Shown one piece after another: positions 59,227 through 64,000 of a DNA stretch of 64,000 bases (positions are counted from its first letter, which is position 1; every line of letters begins with the position of its first letter). Source of the DNA: an uncultured bacterium (lineage in GTDB: Bacteria > Verrucomicrobiota > Verrucomicrobiia > Verrucomicrobiales > DEV007); contig CAXBMO010000002.1 of NCBI GenBank assembly GCA_963977015.1, positions 320,001 through 384,000 of the forward strand, written 5' to 3'. Under the pieces are notes generated by a model that worked only from the letters and a program-made list of their open reading frames with translations, was not told where the DNA came from and made no database searches. Position numbers and translations under genes: made by a program.

Positions 59227-59675
59227 AGGTTGAAAAACTGATCCAGCTTCTCAAATCTAACGAGATTGCAGGGAACCTTTCCCTTCAGGAGCGCAACGAG
59301 CTTGCGTCCCTGATTCATGGTCTGAAACGGGTTGAACACCTTGATTTGGCGACCTTGGTCAAGGCTTGCCACACCATAAAGCTGCCAAAAAAACGAGCCG
59401 CATCGCCTAGATCATCAGCCACTGTCGAGACTTCCATTGCCCGGCTCAATTCCCTAAAAGAAGAAGTGCGTAAATGGACGTCGCCGGACTACGGCGAAGT
59501 TGATCGCGTTGTCAAAGCTGCCTGCAGCTCCCTGAAAAAATCTGAGGTCTCCCAAGTCGCCAAAGCCACACTTGGCAAAACCCATTCCAGTAAGACTAAG
59601 TCCGATATCATCGAAGCCATTGCCCGTCCATACCTCCGACAGCTGGAGCTTCGGTTCATGAACGCAGGCTCGTGA
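59223..59675 (+). CDS. Small basic protein with C-terminal Rho-N/HEH-like motif
   Basis: ATGA overlap with the ParA stop; 150 aa; LKKSEVSQVAKATLGKTHSSKTKSDIIEAIA. Confidence 0.7.
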   Translation: MKVEKLIQLLKSNEIAGNLSLQERNELASLIHGLKRVEHLDLATLVKACHTIKLPKKRAASPRSSATVETSIARLNSLKEEVRKWTSPDYGEVDRVVKAACSSLKKSEVSQVAKATLGKTHSSKTKSDIIEAIARPYLRQLELRFMNAGS

Positions 59676-59735
59676 GGAGCCGATCTTCCAAGTCCGATAA
59701 GCCCCCTTACCTGTTGACTGAGAAGACTATTTCAT

Positions 59736-60476
59736 TCAGATCCGATTCAACAACTCGGATTTTTTCGCGGCAAACTCCTCGTCGGTCAACACACCGGCAT
59801 CCCGGAGCTTCCCAAGTTGCTCGAGCAAACCAACCACGTCAGCCGACATGGTGTTGCCGGTCCCAACTTGCTGGGGAGCAGGTGCCGCTGGAGGCTCTGC
59901 AAAATTGGTCGGCGGCTCCGGCTGAAGTCCCGGACCAGAGATCAAGGGCAGGCTCAGGGTCGAAATCGTTCCGTATTGGCTCGAAAACGTGAGCGAAGTG
60001 TTGCCCCCCTGCTGCTGGCTGACTCCGCTGATTTGGTGATCCAGGGTGTCAAAAACCGTGACCTGACCATCCCGCTGCACCACGAGGCGCCGAGCCTGCG
60101 GAAAAAAGGCATATCGGATATTGTTCTGCGAACCACTGCTGGAGGGAGCCCCGAGATCCCCGGGCCACCAATTGCTTCCACCCCAGGCATTCTTCGGCGG
60201 AGGCTGAAACATTTGGTTGTTCGCCAGCGCATTCGAAAGCTCGCTGCACAAATTGTTGACCGTGTTCTTGAGCTGATAGTTGAACAAATCGCCAACCATC
60301 GTCATTCCACCACTCATCCATTGCCCGCTCCCCAATTCCGGGCAACTGAACTGGGCCATGGTTCCGCCGCCATTGTTCACGGAGATCAGCATCGACACCG
60401 CCGAGTCAAAGCTGAGATTGTAGCGACGAGCAATGTCGTTGATGATGTTTTCTCCTACGGGAGTCAGTTGGTTCAT
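59736..60476 (-). CDS. SHOCT domain protein
   Basis: C-terminal LEQLGKLRDAGVLTDEEFAAKKSELL. Confidence 0.85.
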   Translation of the reverse strand: MNQLTPVGENIINDIARRYNLSFDSAVSMLISVNNGGGTMAQFSCPELGSGQWMSGGMTMVGDLFNYQLKNTVNNLCSELSNALANNQMFQPPPKNAWGGSNWWPGDLGAPSSSGSQNNIRYAFFPQARRLVVQRDGQVTVFDTLDHQISGVSQQQGGNTSLTFSSQYGTISTLSLPLISGPGLQPEPPTNFAEPPAAPAPQQVGTGNTMSADVVGLLEQLGKLRDAGVLTDEEFAAKKSELLNRI

Positions 60477-60620
60477 GGAAAGTTGGGAAAGCGGAACTGA
60501 TTATTGAAAGTCGCGCCTTCTAACCAACATGAGATCCAGAATTACACAAAGTATCTTTCGATTGTTCGTCACTACGGAACAACCTGACCGCTCAGAGAGT
60601 GATTTCGAACCCGCTACCGT

Positions 60621-60839
60621 CTAGCTGCGGTCTCTCAACGTAGGGGCTTTCTCCGATCTCCGGGGAACCGGCTTCATGGCCTCGGGAATCAGTCCCAATC
60701 GCTCGGACGGCAAAATCTCCCCGGACGAAAGCTGCTCAAGATACTCGGTCTCAGCATCCTCTTGAAACTCTTCAAGATATTCTGAACTCAGAGGCTCGCG
60801 GTGATTCCCCTCAAAGACTTTTTCCCAGTTGGTGGCCAT
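60621..60839 (-). CDS. Small acidic hypothetical protein
   Basis: 72-aa ATG ORF in an otherwise empty gap with AT-rich upstream sequence. Confidence 0.5.
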   Translation of the reverse strand: MATNWEKVFEGNHREPLSSEYLEEFQEDAETEYLEQLSSGEILPSERLGLIPEAMKPVPRRSEKAPTLRDRS

Positions 60840-60936
60840 GCTAACACTGAGATACTGATATTACGGAAAGTCAAAATAAAACCATGTTAGGGAAATCTTA
60901 GGAACGACGCAAGAATTACGTCCGATGGATTGCTTG

Positions 60937-61025
60937 GATTCGACTGTCAGTCGAATCTACGTGCTCGATGGACCTCGAAACTTGGTTCGTAGGGAGCGCA
61001 CTGTAGCTTCGATTGGCAATCGAAG
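60937..61025. repeat. Pair of related palindromes
   Basis: GATTCGACT-GTC-AGTCGAATC (60937-60957) and CTTCGATT-GGC-AATCGAAG (61007-61025). Confidence 0.7.
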
Positions 61026-61116
61026 TCGCGCGGCGTTTGATTCCGATTCACGGGTTGCCGAAGTTATTCCTGCGCCGTTCCTTAGGTGTGAACATCAGCA
61101 ACCCACAAGCAAGGTT

Positions 61117-63999
61117 CTAGGATGCGCCATTCCCATTCCCCAGCCCGTAAGCCGGATCGACACTTTCCGCGACGGTCTCGGCATTCGGATTGCCGCCGGG
61201 AACCGATTTCTTCGCCCGGTCGCCCGAGGAGCTGAATTTCATCCCGAGCGTTTTCGAAACCCCAAATTCTTCCATCGAGACGCCATACATCACGTCGCAA
61301 CGGCTCATGGTCCGTTTCGAGTGGGTCACGATGATGAACTGGCTTTCGTTGATGAAGCGGTCGAGCACGCGGATAAAACGCTCGATGTTGGCTTCGTCGA
61401 GCGGGGCGTCGAGCTCATCGAGGACACAGAACGGACTCGGCTTGACCATGTAGATCGCGAACAGGAGCGCGACCGCAGTCATCGAGCGTTCGCCTCCGGA
61501 AAGCAGACTGATCGATTGCAGCTTCTTCCCGGGCGGTTTCGCGATGATCTCAATTCCACTTTCGAGCGGATCTTCGTCATCGAGCAACACCAGATTCGCC
61601 TGCGCGCCTTTGCCGAACAACTCGGTAAACATCTCGCGAAAATTCTTCGACACCTTGACGAAGGTCTCCGCAAACATCGCCTTGGTCGTCTTGTTGATCT
61701 TCTCGATCACCTTAAGCAGCTCGTCCTTTGACTTCACGAGGTCGTCATGCTGCTCCACCATCAGGTTGAAGCGCTCCTCCAATTCGTCGTATTCCTGAAT
61801 CGCGTCGAGGTTGACCGGCCCCATCGAATCCAGCTTGCGGCGAAGTTCCACCGTCGCCTCTTCCACGAATTTCCAATCCGGCTGCGAATCATCGGGGATC
61901 TCGGGCATTTCCGACTCCGCCGCGTCGTCCTTACCAGGCGCAATTTTCAGCTTTTTCTGCGTTTCGGCGATCACGCCGAGAAGCTCGTGGGAATCCGGTT
62001 CGAAATTCTCCAACTCCACCTGATAGCGCTGCCGAATCGCGTCGTTCAAATTCTCCATCCGCAACTCCAACTGCGTCGAGCGAATCTCCTCGTTGCCGCG
62101 TTGTTCCGCCATCTTCGCGACTTGTTGCCGCATCGTCACCAGCTTTGCTTCGCCCTGCTCGATTTCACTGAGAAGCCCGCCGCGTTTCGTCTCCAAACTT
62201 CCCCGCCGGTCCAGCACTTCGCCACGTTGTTTGGTCAGCGACGCGATCTCGGTGCGCAACGTCTCGTTTTCCTCGGTCGCCTCATCGATCCGGACTTTGT
62301 AACCGTCGATATCCGCATTGCGACGTTGAATCACTTCCTCCAACTCCCGAAGCCGGCTCGACATCGGGGCGCGCTGTTGTTCGAGCGATTCCCGGGAGCG
62401 TTTTTCGACGGCCAGCGCCGTTCTCAACTCATTCAGCAACACCGTCGCTTCCTCTTCCTTCTCGCGAATCAGTTGATGACGGGTTTGCAACTGGCCGGTC
62501 TCCGTCTCCAGTTTTTCAATCGACTCACTCGCCTCCGCACGGCGCGATTCCAACTCGGACTGCTGCGCCTGGGCCGCGTCCATCCGCTTGACCAATTCCG
62601 TTTCTTCCCACGTCAGGCTTTCCAGTTTGCTGTCCTGTTGCTGAACCTCGCGCTGCACCATTGCCAGTTGACCTTCGACAGTCGAAATCTCGACTTTCAA
62701 CTTCTGCAGACGCTCGCGATGCGCTTCCACATCGACCTGGGATTCGGCAACCAAATCATCAAGGCCATTCACGCGTTTCCGCTCGGCCTCCAGCTTCGTT
62801 CGGATCTTCGCCGTCAGTTTCTCCAGCCCGCGAATTTCCGCCTGTCGTTCCAGAATTGAACCCGCGCCGCTTTCCTTGAAGCCGCCGGTCAGAACGCCAC
62901 CTGCGCTCAAAAATTCGCCGGTCAGGGTCGCAAAGGCCACGCCGGGCAATTCGTCGCGCAGCGCAAGAGCCCGGTCCAACGAATCCACGAGCAACACATT
63001 CTGAAGGAGGCCCTGCACCACCGCTTCCACGTTGGGTTCCGCGCTGACTTTGTCCGCCGCCCATCCCAGGGATGCGGGGTGAATGCTGAAGGAAGAAAGC
63101 TCGGGCTCCGATTCCTTCTTCAAAATCAAATCTTTCGGGATCAGCGACGCCTGGCCCAATTTTCCCTTCTGCAAGCGCCCCAAAATATCGCGAGCCGCCA
63201 CCGAATGCGCAACCAACACCGCCTGGAGATTCTGCCCCAACGCCGCTTCAATTGCCGGAATGAACTCCGGAGCCACCTCGATGAAATTCGCGATTGCTCC
63301 CAACACCTCACCTTTCATTCCCCCGCCTTCATCCTTCAGGACCTCCTGCGTTCCACGCTCGAACCCCTCCCCCGTTGCCACGAGTTGTTGCAGGGTTTCC
63401 AGGCGCGTCTGCTTCTTGGTGATCTCCCGCGTTAGCTCAGCCTCAGCTTCCCGCGCCGAAACCAAATCACGCTGCGCTCCCACGAGCCCGTCTTCCAACA
63501 GCTTCAGCTCCAGTTCCAACTCCGTGCGCTGTGCCTCGCGTCCCGTTTTCGCCTTCTCCAATTCCGTCAACTCCGCCACTTTCTCTTTTCGCTCCGTCTC
63601 GATTCGCCCTTTCTCGTCTCCCAGTTTACCAACCCGCTGCTGACTGCTCGTCATCTGACTCAAGCCATTCTCCAGCTGGGCCGTCAATGTCGTCACCAGG
63701 CTCTCCGCCTTTCCCAATCGACTGCGGTTTTCATTCAGCGCCTGCTCCACCTGACCCCGCTCGCGTCGAATCCCATCCGTCTGTTCCAGGCGCCGTCCGA
63801 GATCCGCCTCCTGCACCCCGATCTGCTCGGCCATCGCTTTCAGCGTCTCATCCGCCGCGCTCAAATCATCCCGTTGCGTCGCCAGTTTTTCACGACTCGA
63901 AGCGATATCCGCCTCGTTCCGCTCGATCAACGTCCGCATCTCCACCCCGCGTTCCTCGTTGAAGCGAATCCGGCTCGTCGCCTCCTGGATTTTCCCCTG
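61117..63999 (-). CDS. smc: Chromosome segregation protein SMC (5'-truncated by window edge)
   Basis: Coiled coils, hinge (AIEAALG..LQ, TLTGE...GG.LTGG), GPVNLDAI.EY, PPGK, LSGGE, PFCVLDELDAPLD, QFIIVTH. Confidence 0.97.
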   Translation of the reverse strand, partial: QGKIQEATSRIRFNEERGVEMRTLIERNEADIASSREKLATQRDDLSAADETLKAMAEQIGVQEADLGRRLEQTDGIRRERGQVEQALNENRSRLGKAESLVTTLTAQLENGLSQMTSSQQRVGKLGDEKGRIETERKEKVAELTELEKAKTGREAQRTELELELKLLEDGLVGAQRDLVSAREAEAELTREITKKQTRLETLQQLVATGEGFERGTQEVLKDEGGGMKGEVLGAIANFIEVAPEFIPAIEAALGQNLQAVLVAHSVAARDILGRLQKGKLGQASLIPKDLILKKESEPELSSFSIHPASLGWAADKVSAEPNVEAVVQGLLQNVLLVDSLDRALALRDELPGVAFATLTGEFLSAGGVLTGGFKESGAGSILERQAEIRGLEKLTAKIRTKLEAERKRVNGLDDLVAESQVDVEAHRERLQKLKVEISTVEGQLAMVQREVQQQDSKLESLTWEETELVKRMDAAQAQQSELESRRAEASESIEKLETETGQLQTRHQLIREKEEEATVLLNELRTALAVEKRSRESLEQQRAPMSSRLRELEEVIQRRNADIDGYKVRIDEATEENETLRTEIASLTKQRGEVLDRRGSLETKRGGLLSEIEQGEAKLVTMRQQVAKMAEQRGNEEIRSTQLELRMENLNDAIRQRYQVELENFEPDSHELLGVIAETQKKLKIAPGKDDAAESEMPEIPDDSQPDWKFVEEATVELRRKLDSMGPVNLDAIQEYDELEERFNLMVEQHDDLVKSKDELLKVIEKINKTTKAMFAETFVKVSKNFREMFTELFGKGAQANLVLLDDEDPLESGIEIIAKPPGKKLQSISLLSGGERSMTAVALLFAIYMVKPSPFCVLDELDAPLDEANIERFIRVLDRFINESQFIIVTHSKRTMSRCDVMYGVSMEEFGVSKTLGMKFSSSGDRAKKSVPGGNPNAETVAESVDPAYGLGNGNGAS

Positions 64000-64000
64000 A

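Noticed and set aside
57751-61116. Canonical parABS locus next to smc
   Set aside because: There is no ParB-like gene, and no TGTTTCACGTGAAACA-type parS was seen by eye.
1-64000. CRISPR arrays, cas genes, transposases, integrases, tRNA and rRNA
   Set aside because: No repeat-spacer periodicity or diagnostic motifs were found by reading; a tool-based scan could still find short elements.

Overview
Bacterial chromosomal window, moderately GC-rich, most consistent with a Verrucomicrobiota/PVC genome. That assignment is inferred from SHD1-like domains, a LEPR-XLL/autotransporter-repeat giant protein, a PQQ-type propeller and the long adenylate kinase form. It holds about 51 CDS running from a 5'-truncated recG to a 5'-truncated smc. 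Most are housekeeping or metabolic: nuoA, uppS, an astC-like/astA/astD cluster, a UvrD-family helicase, a nucleotidyltransferase-PurN fusion, ispE, pgeF, amt, lspA, ClC, mlaEFD and msrB. Highlights: (1) an exported thioredoxin-fold protein split by an in-frame TGA at a UxxC motif, followed by a SECIS-like hairpin (probable selenoprotein); (2) a membrane-anchored ParA-family ATPase coupled to a small Rho-N/HEH-like protein, near two covarying palindromes and smc; (3) two paralogous catalytically degenerate histidine-kinase ATPase domains; (4) a ~143-nt multi-stem intergenic structure, a candidate ncRNA; (5) a 3615-aa secreted protein with an Asp-metzincin motif and a sigma54 promoter; (6) a sigma54 promoter plus TGT-N10-ACA site upstream of amt. 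No rRNA, tRNA, CRISPR array or transposase was recognised. All calls come from reading motifs by eye; no searches were run.
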